A DNA stretch of 63,109 nucleotides, filler included, from Octopus bimaculoides (lineage: Eukaryota), in NCBI RefSeq assembly GCF_001194135.2. It is 6 parts of 5 records of this genome, joined end to end, with 100 filler letters (N's around TTAATTAATTAA, not from the genome) between each part and the next. Parts side by side here need not be neighbours in the genome. Positions count along the whole stretch, not along the records: positions 24,307 to 43,858 come from NC_068989.1; 5 more parts are not named here. One strand, written 5' to 3'. Position numbers and translations under genes: made by a program. Below, piece by piece: positions 24,307-37,119 of the stretch (position 1 is the first letter of the stretch; each line of letters begins with the position of its first letter). The notes under the pieces were generated by a model. It saw nothing but the letters and a program-made list of their open reading frames with translations, searched no databases and had not been told where the DNA came from.

Positions 24307-24867
24307 GGTAGCCATGATAAAACTCTGAGTTTCGGATGCCAGGGTGGGAGCCCACACCAACATCTCTTCAGTTATCCGGCCATTGAAAAATGACTGTCAG
24401 ACAAAGGGAAATTACTGTGTGGTGACCATCATTAAAACAAAAGAGCTAATAGACTGCTAAGTAAGGTAAAGGTAAGGGAGTAGAGAAGTCTATAGGTTCG
24501 CGTAAGCGCACCGATCCGTACATTTGCCTATATTTATATACTAAAACTACCCTCGCTTTAAACACACACATGCTCACCCACATACTCACCAAAAACTATA
24601 CATGTATGTGTTTAAAGCGAGGGTAGTTTTAGTATATAAATATAGGCGAATGTACGGATTGGTGCGTTTACACAAACCTATAGACTTCTCTACTCCTTTA
24701 CTTAGCGGTCTATTAGCTTTTTTGTCTTAATAATGGTCACCACACAATAATTTCCCTTTGTTTGACGGTCATTTTTCACAGGAATTTTCAATGGCCGGAC
24801 AACTGAAGAGATGTTGGTGTTGGCTACCACCCCGGCATCCGAAACTCGGAGTTTTATCATGGCTACC
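24307..24867. mobile_element. Fold-back / MITE-like palindrome: ~265-bp arms, 28-nt loop
   Basis: 24307-24572 is the reverse complement of 24601-24867 at about 90% identity with small indels. The left end abuts a gap. Confidence 0.85.
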
Positions 24868-24975
24868 GAATAAGTGTCACATATTTTTACAGATAACTTC
24901 CCCTATTTACATAATATCGAGGTCTCTTTCTTTCTTTTGTTGTCCTTCCTATCAATATATATATTTATATGTACA

Positions 24976-25032
<57 letters not shown>

Positions 25033-25149
25033 TCACACATACATATACATATATATATACACAGTTAGCTAAACTTATATAAACAATTTAATTTATGTCT
25101 GCATTTATTTTTACCTTCATCAAGGGAGTTAATCAAAGTATTATTATTA

Positions 25150-25490
25150 TTTAATAATATCTCCTTAAATTCATTAGTACACAACATTCAAAAATTACTA
25201 CCTATACGATAAGATTTTGCCTTACAAACCATCTCTCAATTTAACATGTACTTAATATTTTTAGATTTTAGTTTCCAAATATATTTACTAAGGCCAGTAG
25301 AATTAATCAAATTTTTATTCTTAAAGGAATTCATGTGATGTGCCACACGTAATTTAATTTTATTCGAAGTCAATCCTATGTAAAACTTATTTAAATTATA
25401 ATCATTAAATTTATTCCCATCCATTAAAGTCACTATACATTATCCTATAATCACTATACATTATCCATTATAGTCACTATACATTATACC
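25150..25490 (-). mobile_element. Penelope-like element, GIY-YIG endonuclease relic
   Basis: FYIGLTSNKIKLRVAHHMNSFKNKNLINSTGLSKYIWKLK fits the PLE pattern YIGxT..K.R..H..SF...ST.LSKYIW.LK. Confidence 0.75.
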
Positions 25491-25574
25491 ACATCCTTCA
25501 AATCACTGATATGGTCTAATAAGACCAAAACATGACTAAAGTTTCCTCCACCCACCATGTTCCATACTTATTTT

Positions 25575-25720
25575 TTATTGTCATTACTTGTTGCACTCAT
25601 TGGGCTGCAGCCATGCTGGGACACCACCCAAAAGGGCTTTTAGTTGAATGAATCCCCTGTGCTTATTTTTTAAAGCTTAATACTTATTCTATCAGTTCCT
25701 TTAGTTGAATTGCAATAAAA
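25575..25720 (-). mobile_element. SINE family A, 3' fragment
   Basis: GCAGCCATGCTGGG.CACCACC...TACTTATTCTATC matches the family-A 3' half. Confidence 0.55.
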
Positions 25721-25869
25721 AATAAGTGTGGAACATGGGGGTGGGGGAAACTTTAGTCATGTTTTGGTCTTATTAGACCATATCAGTGAAGCATAAACTT
25801 TGTCATTCTTGCTTCAATTAACTGAAATTATTTTCTGGAATTATTTTCATGTTACTCAAATTTCTATAG

Positions 25870-26259
25870 CATCCTCCCTTAATTATATCATAGATAATCT
25901 CATGAGGTAACTTGAAAGGGCAGCTCTCAGTGACAACAGATGCCACATATTATCAAAACCTAACTTGTATTATTAAAACCTAACTTTTTGATTCTTTCTC
26001 CTCTAACCTCAGTGCTTTGAGATCCAGAAGTTTGTTTTGGGACCCAAACACAAAAAGACTATCAATTCAAAGAGCACAATTGATATCCTGAAGACGTAAG
26101 TTATTTCTTTCAACTTTCTCTATTCCACTTTGACATCTTTTAATTTTATTTAATTTAAACTTTTAGTCAGGAAGAAGGGCTTTACAGCACCCCTGAAATT
26201 GCTGGGAGAGAGGAAGAAAGATCTCAAACCAGTGACTATACCTGAATGCTTGCAACAGA
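25870..26259 (+). CDS. Candidate spliced exons of an unidentified gene or pseudogene (25870-25906, 26013-26095, 26167-26259)
   Basis: Canonical AG/GT sites, a CTAAC branch point and phase-consistent joins give SSLNYIIDNLMSALRSRSLFWDPNTKRLSIQRAQLIS*RLRKKGFTAPLKLLGERKKDLKPVTIPECLQQ. No homolog recognised. Confidence 0.3.
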
Positions 26260-26484
26260 GTAGATGCTATGAAGTAATGGTGTAATATAAACATACTTTA
26301 CATCAGTTCAAGTATATTTGTTATGTATTTAACTTGTAAAAGGCGATGCTTATTTTACATCACTATTTCACTGCAGTTTGCACTGGAGAAAAATTCCAAC
26401 CCTGGGCAAAAGGCATGAGAAAAATCAAAGTCATTTCACCACCTATGGACTAGAAGATTCAATTCGAACATTTTTAAAAATATT

Positions 26485-26940
26485 TTATCTCTTACCCATT
26501 TCAGTCATTAGACTGTGGCCATGCTGGGGCACCACCTTCAAGAATTTTCAGCTGAATCAATCAACCCCAGTATTTATTTTTTTAAAGCCTGGTACTTATT
26601 CTATTGATTGCTTTTGCTAAACTGCTAAGTTACAGGCACATTAACACACCAACACCAGTTGTTAAGCAGTGGTGGGGAAATAAACAAACAAAAAGACACC
26701 CCCTTTCACCTCCTTCAATATATATATATATATATATATATATGTGCGTGAGTGTGTGTGTGTGTGTATGTGTGTATACAACAGGCTTCTTTCAGTTTCC
26801 ATCTACCAAATTCACCCATAAGGCTTTGAGCGGCTCAAGGCTGTAGTAGAAGACACTTGTCTATGGTGCTTCACAGTGGGACTGAACCAAGAACTATGTT
26901 GTTGGGAAGCAAGCTCCTTACCACACTGCTGCACCTGTGC
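26485..26940 (-). mobile_element. SINE family A, full length
   Basis: Reverse complement aligns to 4478-4870 and carries the central (TA/TG)n tract. Confidence 0.8.
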
Positions 26941-27547
26941 AGAGCAGGGTAACTCTGAACAGACTGGAAGACTTAGAGTTTCCTTATAAGAAGGCAGTTA
27001 AAATTATTTACTGATAGTGCACTTTATCCACGAGGCCAGAACAATATGTATGGGTAATGTGTGAGGCTGTAGCATAGTAAAACAAAAAAAGCTTGAAATG
27101 CATCTATCACTCTGAACTGACAGTGGTGTTTTTGACACATTTTTGCCTAAAGCAAGAATTTTTCTCCATGGCAAACTGCAGTGAAAAATACCCTTTCTGC
27201 AGGTCAAATATGTCACATATTTATTTGATCTCTCCTTGAAGTACGTTTATTTTACATCCCTTTTTCATATACCACTTATTTGGATGAAACTTTCAGGGAT
27301 GTTTGGCCTCATGACTGGCATGAACTGATTAGATTTTGGGATTGATCCAATTCTGGACAAGGATTGTGAATTATTTTTGTTTTTTTTTTACTTAATTTTT
27401 GTGAGTGGTCAGGTTCATTTTTAGTATTCTTGTTTGTGAGAGCAGTTAAGTTTATTTCAGATATTCTCATTTTAAAAATCATCTCTGGTTAATTGTTGAG
27501 AGGACGTTGGTGTTGCCTTGACGGAGGTTTGTACTCTATGAGTGCTC

Positions 27548-27549
<2 letters not shown>

Positions 27550-27630
<81 letters not shown>
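27550..27630. repeat. (ATT)n microsatellite
   Basis: About 27 perfect units. Confidence 0.95.
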
Positions 27631-27633
<3 letters not shown>

Positions 27634-27740
27634 TCTTTGTTCCATGCAGGAATGGGTTGTGTAGTTTGACAGGATCTGATGGGTCCAGGAACTGCATCAT
27701 GTACCAGTGTCTGCTGTGGCATGGTTTTCTGCAGTGAAGT
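27630..27740 (-). mobile_element. RTE-type 3' tail, degenerate
   Basis: TTCCATGC.G.ATGGGTT... resembles 5095-5190. Confidence 0.4.
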
Positions 27741-28299
27741 TCTAGTTGAAGTTTGTTTCAAGGTTTTTTTTCTCTTGTTACTTAACTAAACTTCAAGAGG
27801 AACTTAGATCAATTTCAGGAGCAGACAGAAGATATAGAACAAAAAAATTCAAGCACCATGTGTAGGAGATAATACTAATAATACTATCATAATACTAACT
27901 CATTGTATATTAATGATAGTAAAAATGAAGCTAGTAGCTCCAAGAATTGATGAAATACCTGCTAAGTGAAGTGAGAAAATAGCTAGATCAACAGAGGGTC
28001 GTATATGGGCTAAATTTCTTGAAAGGGGTAGATATGCAGTTCATTTAGTACCTCTGTCTCTTTCTACTGCAGCTGATGATTGTAGTAGTTAGTACTTAGA
28101 GAGTGTCAGTGAGTGTACTGCTGCTAATGGAACTCCTTTCATAGTCTTGCGAACTTACCATTTCTGTTTCTCTGTTCTTATTCTATCTCTTATATTCACC
28201 TCGTACATTGAGGCCCAGCTGGCAGAACCATATATCTTTTTTTCAGCAAGACACCTGTTTGTGTCTCTGTATCATACTTTCACCTCCTTCAAATCTACA

Positions 28300-28540
28300 C
28301 TGTCAACTTAGTTGAGGGAGGTTTGACTTGCGAGTCACTTGTAACCTCACCAGTGTTGGTACCATGCGAGAAAAGCAGCCAGTACATTCTGTAATGTGAT
28401 TGGCATTATGAAGGTCATCCAGCCATAGAACCCAGGCCAAAGCTGACATTGGAGCCCAGCATAGTCCTCTAGCTTGTTGGTTGCTGATGAATCAGCAGAC
28501 ACATGCCAACATGGAAAACAAACATTAAATGATGGTGGTA
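28300..28540 (+). mobile_element. RTE-type 3' tail
   Basis: TTGGCATTATGAAGGTCATCCAGCC...CATGGAAAACAAACATTAAATGATGG is the reverse complement of the RTE 3' ends seen above. Confidence 0.6.
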
Positions 28541-29335
28541 GTGGTGGAATTAGAAGTGGTAGTAGTGGTGGAATTAGAAGTGGTAGTAGTGGTGGTGGTG
28601 GTGGTGGCAGTGGTGGAGTTGTTGGTGGTAGTGATGGTTGTAGTGATGGAGTTGTTAATGGTGATGGTGGGTAGGTGGGGGGTGATGATGATGATGATCT
28701 AGTATGTTTGTGTGTTTATTAGCTATGCAATCATGTAGCATGTTATCAGTACTTCCAATAGTTAAAATATTTTCTGGCTATGGAAGTGAAAGTCTATTCT
28801 TTGCAATGTAGAATGAACTAACTATATTACATATATGAGAGTATTTTTTTTTTTGACTCTCAAACTGTACTGTTAAAATGAGAGATAAATTTTTGTTTAA
28901 ATTTCAAAACTTGAAAAGAAGATGGTAGGAAGGCAGCACTTGATTTATGTTTTATGTCTGGAACTCACTCAATTTATTTTGAAAGGGTTAAGAAAATAGT
29001 TGAAGTCAAAGTCTGTTTTAGATGTTTGGCAATAATTTTGTTTTTGCTTCTTTGCTTTTCTTTTTGTTTTGCTTTTATTTAATAAGGAACCCTATTTTTC
29101 AGTTATCATTTCTTTATTGCATTTCAATTATTTACCTGAATGTTAAGTAATGAGAATGAAGCTTTCTTGCTTTTTTTGCTGAAAGTTATTACTTTTCTTA
29201 AAAGTTGAACCAACAATATTTTAATTTTCTTCGTGCATGTTATAGAAATCATTAGAAATATTATCAAAGTGATCGATATGTATCCTGCTTAACTTTGAAG
29301 TAAATATACTGAAGTTCTACTGAAATTCTTTTTAG

Positions 29336-29487
29336 TATTTTCACTTGCTGATTTAGCAGCATTTGTTCTGGAGCAGACAGTCAAAGAAATAACAAGAATA
29401 AACACAAGACTAACACAGGAATATGAATCATATGCAGAAACGATGGGGCTCCAGCATGGCTGTAACTGTTTGCTCCAGATTAAATAA
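29336..29487 (+). CDS. Candidate terminal coding exon (phase 1): FSLADLAAFVLEQTVKEITRINTRLTQEYESYAETMGLQHGCNCLLQIK*
   Basis: Acceptor TTCTTTTTAG at 29334-29335 and an open, helical-looking frame whose phase fits exon 26167-26259. No homolog recognised. Confidence 0.25.
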
Positions 29488-29679
29488 GTAGATAAAAGAG
29501 CAGCATTTGTATGCATGCTTGCGTCATTCATACAAAATACTCATGGAAATTTACAAATATTTATGCATACAAACACGAACAGTCACATTGGTACACACAC
29601 ACACACACACACACACAAGTATATACATATACACACGTGCATCCAGAAACATTTATATGCATATACCTACACACTACAG

Positions 29680-29840
29680 ACATGTATGGTTGTGTGATAA
29701 AGAAGTTTGCTTCACAAACTTGTTGTTTTGGGTTCAGTCTCACTGTGTGGCACCTTGTGCAAGTGTCTTCTAGTAGAGTTTGCATCTAACCAAAATGTTG
29801 TGAGTAGATTTGTTGGATGGAAACTGAAAGAAGCCTGTTG
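29680..29840 (+). mobile_element. SINE family A, 5' half
   Basis: GGTTCAGTCTCACTGTGTGGCACCTTG...GGAAACTGAAAGAAGCC. Confidence 0.75.
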
Positions 29841-29884
29841 TATATATATTTATATATATATGTGTGTGTGTGTGTGTGTTTGTT

Positions 29885-29926
<42 letters not shown>

Positions 29927-29974
29927 CAGATGATTTTGTATCTTTTTTGTCTTGGCATTGCTCGATAGTTTATT

Positions 29975-30173
29975 TTAACCCTTTAACATTATTTTGTCAA
30001 AAATTATGCATACTTATTCACATTGTTTTGAATTAATCATGCATTATCTGGTAGCTATGAGATAAATGTTAATATTTTAGAATGATATTGGAGGGTTGGT
30101 GTGAGAAGCCAGATCTGGCCACTTTTGAACATAAAACAAGTAGAATATTTTGGCCAGATTGCTAAAGAATTAA
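29975..30173. mobile_element. piggyBac-type MITE
   Basis: TTAA-CCCTTTA at the left end and TAAAGAA-TTAA at the right end (TTAA target site, degenerate right TIR). Confidence 0.5.
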
Positions 30174-30214
30174 GTGACACTTTCCTACAAGCAATGTCAT
30201 TTATGAAGTAGTGT

Positions 30215-30382
30215 CTTCCATGAAAACTCTCTCTGGCTGAGTGGGAATATTACCTTATTTGGAAATAGGTTAAGTGTTGGACAACAGGAAGGGCTTCCAA
30301 CCATACAGAATCTGCCTTGCTGAATTTTGTCTGACCCATAGAAGATTTGAAAAATGGATATTAAAATGATAATGATGATGAT

Positions 30383-30385
<3 letters not shown>
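30215..30385 (+). mobile_element. Short element with an RTE-like 3' end
   Basis: TTGGACAACAGGAAGGGC.TCC...AAATGGATATTAAAATGATAATGATGATG. Confidence 0.5.
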
Positions 30386-30413
<28 letters not shown>

Positions 30414-31545
30414 CTAGTTTCCATCTGTGTCTTTGAAGACTTATGAAGTAAAGAATGCCCTTAGCAGAAGAACATGAAATTTTAAGAGGTCTTGGGGGAC
30501 ATCCAACTGTGAAATCACTGCCCTCAGTAATATATTTGTCTGACATATGCTGACACAGAAAAGCAGGCTGTGAAACAACAAACATGATAAAAGAAAAGAA
30601 AAAGAAAACACATGTACTCATAGTTGCAAGATATTTATCATAGCAACAAATACTAAGAAAGAAAAAAAAAATGAAGAAAATTAGAAGAAAGATGACACTA
30701 ATTTTGAAATTGGTAAAGCTCCAGTAAAACTATAACTACAGGGCCTGAACAAGTAAATGAATTAAATGCTAAACTGATTTCTCTTCTATATCATTAATTT
30801 GATTTTGAAGTTCATAATTTTCATTCTGTCCCAAAATTTTACTTCTTTCTTATCATATTGAAGACTTTTTTCCTTTACTCCATTATAAAACATTTTCTTG
30901 TTTTCTTTCCCATTATTTATTTTCTTTTCTTGTTTTCATTTTTTTTTTTCTTCTTTTCTCTTCTGCAGAAACCTTTCAGTCCCACCAAAATTATTTTCAC
31001 CTTAATACAAGCTGTACAACTTTCGCTCTCATCAAAGGTTTAATAATGTAATTAATAAATGATGCTGAAATGATCAAATGTTGTCATTGCTGTTATTGAT
31101 AATGATGTCTGCATTTTTGTTGATGATGATGATGATGTTGCTATTGTTGTTGCTGTTGATACTGATTATTGTTTTGTTGTTGCTGTTGTTGGTTTTGCTG
31201 GTTTTGTTATTGTTACTGCTGGTGGTGTTTATATTGCTGTTATTGTTGTTGTGATGCAGTTATTGGTTTTGCTGTTGCTGATATTGCAGTTGTTGTTATT
31301 GTTGCTTTTCTTGATACCATCATTAGTTTTGTTGTTGTTGTTTCAGTGTTGTCATTTTTGTTATTGTTTTTGCAGCTGCCATTGTTGTTATTTTTATTAT
31401 TGCTGCTGCAGCTGTTGTTGTTGTTATCGTTGTTTTGATGCTGATTCTGTTGCTTTTGCTGTTGTTAGTATATATACTGAAGACACAAGTACAAGGCGAC
31501 AATCATTGTGTTAAAATTTATTATACACATGCACAAACACATACA

Positions 31546-31577
<32 letters not shown>

Positions 31578-32564
31578 AATAAATAAATGGAGTTAAATGC
31601 AGGTGTTATACAAATTCTTTTACTTCCAACATAGGTTTCAAAGACAGCATTGGTATTATTCTAAAAGGAATAAATGGTGTAAAACAATGTAACTTCTCAT
31701 CAGGAAAAGAAAGAAAGAAAGAAAGAAAGAAACCATACTCATCAATAAGATATTCTAACGGAATGTGATGGATGTGTATAATGATGAATGGAATGCTATT
31801 AAGTTTTTTTAAAAAACCGTTAGAGGATATAACATCAAAGGTAGCCTGTAATAAGTGAAGGGGTAAAGGAAAGGAATAAGTAGTAAACTAATAAAGGTGA
31901 AATACAGAGTGATACGTGAATTAAATAAAAGCTTAAAGGCTTGGAAATAGATATATCCAGTGGAAGTGAAATGTAAGAAGAAAATCAATGTTCAAACTAT
32001 ATAGAATGGTAGATATCACTTATATGAACTAAAGGTATGTTTCTGCCTATGTTTACTTCGATAAGCACACTCTATAAACGTGTTTACAAGGGGATTCTTA
32101 GAAAATGGAATATAAAGTAGTTCACTATTACAGAGTTGGCAGAATTCATTGCCTTTATTGTATGGGAATGAAATGGAGAGAATCAACTAATTTAAATCAA
32201 ATTGTTTATTATGATTTTTTAGATGCGAAATTAATTTAATAAGCCCTGTACTGTTGTGTTTATTACTATCCCTAAATGTAGAGTAATGATTAGAAATTCT
32301 TTTAGATAACTGAGAAGAAGAACTACCTATATATAAAAAAGACATCGGTACTGGAAGTAATTTTACACTGGAATATAGAGTTTTTAGTCTTAGAATTACT
32401 AGACATAAACTTAATTCTGTTGGAATTGACTTCTGGAGTTTCTACCTTTACAAACAGGATGTTACATCCTTATTACTTGTGTGATTTTTTGCTGCCCTGG
32501 TAACTGTTTATTTATTTTTTTCCGTGTTAATTGTAAACAAGGGAAAAATACACACATCCATTTA

Positions 32565-32690
32565 TACATACATACATACATACATACATACATACATACA
32601 TACATACATACATACATACATACATACATACATACATACATACATACATACATACATACATACAAACAGACAGACAGACAGACATTCGTG
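32565..32690. repeat. (CATA)n / (CAGA)n microsatellite
   Basis: About 25 CATA units; also at 31540-31575. Confidence 0.95.
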
Positions 32691-32939
32691 CATACACGCA
32701 TGCATACATACATACAGACAGGCAGACATTCGTGCATACATTGTTCTTGGTTGTCATAATCTAGTCTATTCCTAGCTGAAACTATTTAAATCAGGGATTT
32801 AGGTTTCAATTCACATCTTTCAGATGCTCTGGGATTTAATCATAAAAGATGTTCAAAAGGGTTTGAGATTTTTTCAACATGACACACTCTCACTCCACAG
32901 TGCTATGTCCCTCTATGTATCTGCATCTCCAACTTACTG

Positions 32940-33170
32940 CAGAGTAGTTTGTCATACAACAGATTAAATGAAACTTTGAACCCATACCTGGTGTTATTTA
33001 GTTCGCTGGAGAGTGGGATCAATGCCGTGCAAAAAGAGTAATGGGGAGAGGGAGTTACCTTGAAAGATGCCTCGTTTGATGTTGATGTTGTTAGCTTGGC
33101 TCATTCCATTACTATGGTTTAGAAGATGTGTGTTCCACTTGGCCACACAACCTTTTAAGAATTTGAAAAT
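32940..33170 (-). mobile_element. Dong/R4-clade LINE, RT domain 4 fragment
   Basis: NINIKRGIFQGNSLSPLLF (frameshift) ALIPLSSELNNTRYG. Confidence 0.75.
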
Positions 33171-33579
33171 GACAGGAGAGATCTTATATATCGCAAAGGC
33201 CTCGAGTAGCCAATTATGTGGCTACTATTACATACAAGCATACATACATACATACATACATACAGTCATGCATACACACATACATTATTATTATTCTGAA
33301 TACCCTCATTCAGTGTCTGGGCATTGCTGACTTGGGTTATGTCAAACAGCTGTTGTCACGTGTGGGATGGATCCGTCTGCTGACTGAATCTGTAGTGATG
33401 AGTGCACTGCTGGCCTCCTTCAATGAGGCAGGCAAGGCAGTTTTCCTTTGCCTGGTGGCTGTGTCAAAAGAGATTGTTTGGTGAACAAGGCTGAAAGGCA
33501 TGAGGACACATACATTCTTCTTTGGTAGAGCTCTGAATGACTGCTTCAAGTTTTACTTGTAAAGGAAATTGAGAGTGGA

Positions 33580-34765
33580 GAGGGAAGTGCTGTCTTTGAG
33601 TGAGTTTATTGAAAGGTGGGTGAAAGTTGCAAAAATGGCATGAGTGGATGCTGTGGTTTGTGTGCAAACACAAAAACAGCAAAAATCATATTCTATTGTC
33701 AAGGAAGCTTGTAAATATGCTAGGGAACTTGGCATTAACCCTGAAATAGTTGAAGAACCTGAAACCACTGCCACAAAACAAGTAAAACTGATCAAACAGA
33801 CAACGAAAAAGAACAGGCAGAAACAAATTGAGGAGCGGTGGAGCCAGAAGCCTATGCATGGGCAGTATATACTTCAAAGTTGAAATGCTGATGTAGACTA
33901 AGCAACAACTCATCAGCTACTGAGAAGTTCAGGACTGAAAGCAGAGACTGAAAGTTTCATGTTGGCGGCACAAGATCAAAGCTTGTTTACAAAAAACTAC
34001 CAGGCTAATGTTCTTCAAAATGGTTCTGCAGATTCTGCGACACATTTGATGAAACAATAGCCTATCTCATCTCGGAATGTCCTGTGCTGACACCAAATGG
34101 ATACAAAAATAACCACGATAGAGTAGGACAGTATTTACATTGGAAAATATGTAAACACTACAAAATCAGGACTCCTGCTTTCTGGTATGAACATCTCCCT
34201 GAGCCAGTTGTTGAAGGTAAAAATGTCTCTATTCTCCAGAAATTTCCAGACAAAACTGACAGAACGACTCAGGTTAATCAACCAGACATAATTATTAAAT
34301 AAAGGGAAGAAAACACTTGTAGACTAATAGATGTAAGTGTTCCCACCGATAAAAATCTATCTGTAAAGGAATTCAACAAATTAAGTAACTATAAGGACTT
34401 GGAAATTGAAATACAGAAGATGTGGCCTCTTAAAGCGAGAACTGTTCCTGTTATTGAAGGTGCCCTTGGTATGATAGAAAAAAGGAATGTCAGAAACATC
34501 TAGATAAGATCCCAGGAGAACCACGTCTCAGAGAAATCCAAAAGATTGTGCTGACAAGTTCTGCCCACATCCTCAGAAAAACCCTATCCATTTAAATGTG
34601 TGCTGTATTACATGAAGATATTTCGCTATTGCCCCAGCCACTTCCCCTCTCTAAGCTTTCAATCATATTGTAACATCTCTTATCCTTCACTTACTCCAGG
34701 ATGATGGGTGTGTCTCAGCAAGTAATTGTAACAAACATGCAGAATAAAAGTAAAAAATAAAAATA
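33580..34765 (+). mobile_element. Dong/R4-clade LINE, 3' part (CCHC knuckle plus restriction-like endonuclease), decayed
   Basis: KPMHGQY...LKAETESFMLAAQDQSL...HDRVGQYLHWKICKHY...QPDIII...LIDVSVP...YKDLEIEIQKMW, with stops and frameshifts. Confidence 0.85.
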
Positions 34766-34779
34766 GCAGTGGCAGGCAA

Positions 34780-37085
34780 GACCTCCAGATATCAGAAAAA
34801 ATAGATCAGTATCAAAATAGATTATTTGAGAGAAACCAGAGGAGAATTAATAACCAAATAAATTGTGGAGAAAGAAGTACTGAAGATAAGAAACCTAAGG
34901 CAGAAGACACTAGAAAATTCTGGAGTAATATTTGGGATAAGTCAGTCAATCATAATGGAGATGCAATATGGTTAAAGAAAGTGATGGAAGAAGTAGTGAG
35001 TGAGAAGCAGTCAGATTGAAGATTAACTAGTGCATTAATGAGTAAAGTGTTAGGAAAAAAGCCGAATTGGAAGGGCCAAAGAAATTTAGTAATTAACATG
35101 AGAGGCTGAGGGAATAACTTCAGGATTGCCTTAATGGAGGAATAATACCAGATTGGATGACTAGCGTGAGGACAATACTCATTATGGAAGAACAAAAAGA
35201 TTGCAGAAAGATGGCTAGAGGAACACACGATCTATTATACATAGATAAAGCAGTTTTAAATGAAGTAAAAGCTAGAAAAAAAAATCTAACAATAAATATC
35301 ATGGAAAGATTATAAGAAATTCTACAACATGATCCCACACTCATGGCTAAATGAATGTTTGAGTGTATTCAGTGTAGTAGTCAACATAAGAAATTAATTA
35401 GCTTTAGATCTCTACTCAGGTGACACACTCTTAAGGAATGTTAACATCAAAAGAGAAATTTTCCATGGGGACTTCTTGTCTCCTTTAATATTTGTCTTAT
35501 GTTTGATCCCATCAGCTTAGTATTAAGAAGAGCACAGGCAGAGTATCAGCTCAGAAATAGTAAGGGAAAAATTAAACATTTGTTCTACATGGATGATCTG
35601 AAACTTTTTAGTAAGAATGAAAAAGAGATAGATTCCTTAATACAGACTGTAAAACTCTTCAGCAAAGATACAGGCATAGCTAAATGTGCAATATTAGTCA
35701 TGAGAAGGGGACAGGTAGTCAATAGCGAAGGCATCCAATTACCAGATGGCCAGACATTAAGATCATTAAAAGGAGTGGAGAGTTATAAGTATCCAGGAGT
35801 ATTAAAATCTGACAGAGAAGTATAGAAATGAAAACGAAAATTGAGATGCAGAACATCAGAAGGGTGGGGAAGCTAATGAAGTCAAAGCTAAATAGTCCAA
35901 ATCTAGTGAAGGCTGTAAATACTTGGGCAGTATCATTATTTAGATACTCAGCAACTTTTGTAGATTGGACAAAAACTGAACTAGCAAAGCTAGACAGAAT
36001 GAATAGGAAGGAATTCAATATAAATGAAGGACTCCACCCAAGGACAGGAGTAACAAGATTATACTTAACCAGAAAGGAAGGCGGAAGTGGATTAACATCA
36101 GTAGAAGCCCACTTGGAGTTAGCTAGAGTAGATATAGACTCGTATGTAGGTAATAGTAAAGAAAATTCATTAAAAACTGCTAGAGTCACAGCAAGACTGG
36201 GAGACCAAAAGCTCAAACGAAATTAAAAACTAGAAAAAAGAACAGAAATTATCTGACTGGCAGGAGGCGTTGCATGGTAGATTCCCAAACATAGTAGCAT
36301 CAAATAGTAGTAGCGAGACAAGGTTATGGTTGCAGAAAGGAAAGCTGGAAAGGGAAACAAAGTTTGTTAGTAGCAGCACAAAATCAAGCATTAAGGACTA
36401 ATTGGGTAAAAGCCAAGATAGACAAAAACCAAGTAGATTTCCAGTGTAGGTTATGCAAATCGAAAAAGGAAAGCTTTACTCATATAGTAAGTGAATATAG
36501 CATGCTGGCTCAGAAAAAATTACAAGAAAAGATATGACAACCAAGGGATAGTAATCCACTGGGACTTATGTAGAAAGCTAAGATTTGAGCATACTGATAA
36601 ATAGCATGAACATGAACCTAGTAAAGTACTAGAAAGTAAGAAATACAAGTTGTTGTGGGACTTTAATATTTATACTGACAAAGTAATAGAAGCCAGAGGG
36701 CCTGATTTAGTAGCGGTAGATAAAGAGAATAGAAAATGCCATATAATTGACTTTACAGTCCTAATTGATGAAAAAACTCAATATGAAAGGTATAAAAAAA
36801 ATATCAAAGTACCAGGACCTAGCCATTTAATTACAGAGACTATGGAAAGTGCGGGTAAAATGTATCCCAAGTGCATTGGGAACTATCCCTAAGGATTTGA
36901 ACGTAAAGATAGAGGAAATAGACATAAAACCCAGTTTAGTACAGCTCCAGAAAACAGTGTTATTAGGAACATCTAGGATACTTAGGAGGATTCTTGGCAT
37001 CTAAGGTTACTTGTTGTAGCCCAATGTCAGGATTTTTCTTTTCCAACAGTCTAAACTGTTGTGTGTATATGAAAATAATAATAAC
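34780..37085 (+). mobile_element. Second Dong/R4-clade LINE (RT plus RLE), 5'-truncated and decayed, with a (TAA)n tail
   Basis: KHLFYMDDLKLFSKNE (YMDD), AVNTWAVSLFRYS, RLYLTRKEGGSGL, CRLCK and LWDFNIYTDKVIEARGPDLV...IIDF. Confidence 0.88.
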
Positions 37086-37119
37086 AACAATAATAATAAT
37101 AATTATTATTATAATAACA

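Noticed and set aside
28159-28254. 96-bp minus-strand exon (CLAEKKIYGSASWASMYEV...) with a GTAAGT donor
   Set aside because: The acceptor lacks a polypyrimidine tract, there are no partner exons and no recognisable homology.
27790-28310. Protein-like plus-strand stretches (FKRNLDQFQEQ..., [13 protein letters not shown]...)
   Set aside because: Multiple stops, no splice support and no recognised family. They could be pseudogene remnants but this cannot be supported.
32938-32990. Micro-exon with a GTAAGT donor on the minus strand
   Set aside because: The adjacent sequence translates as Dong/R4 RT domain 4, so it is a LINE relic.
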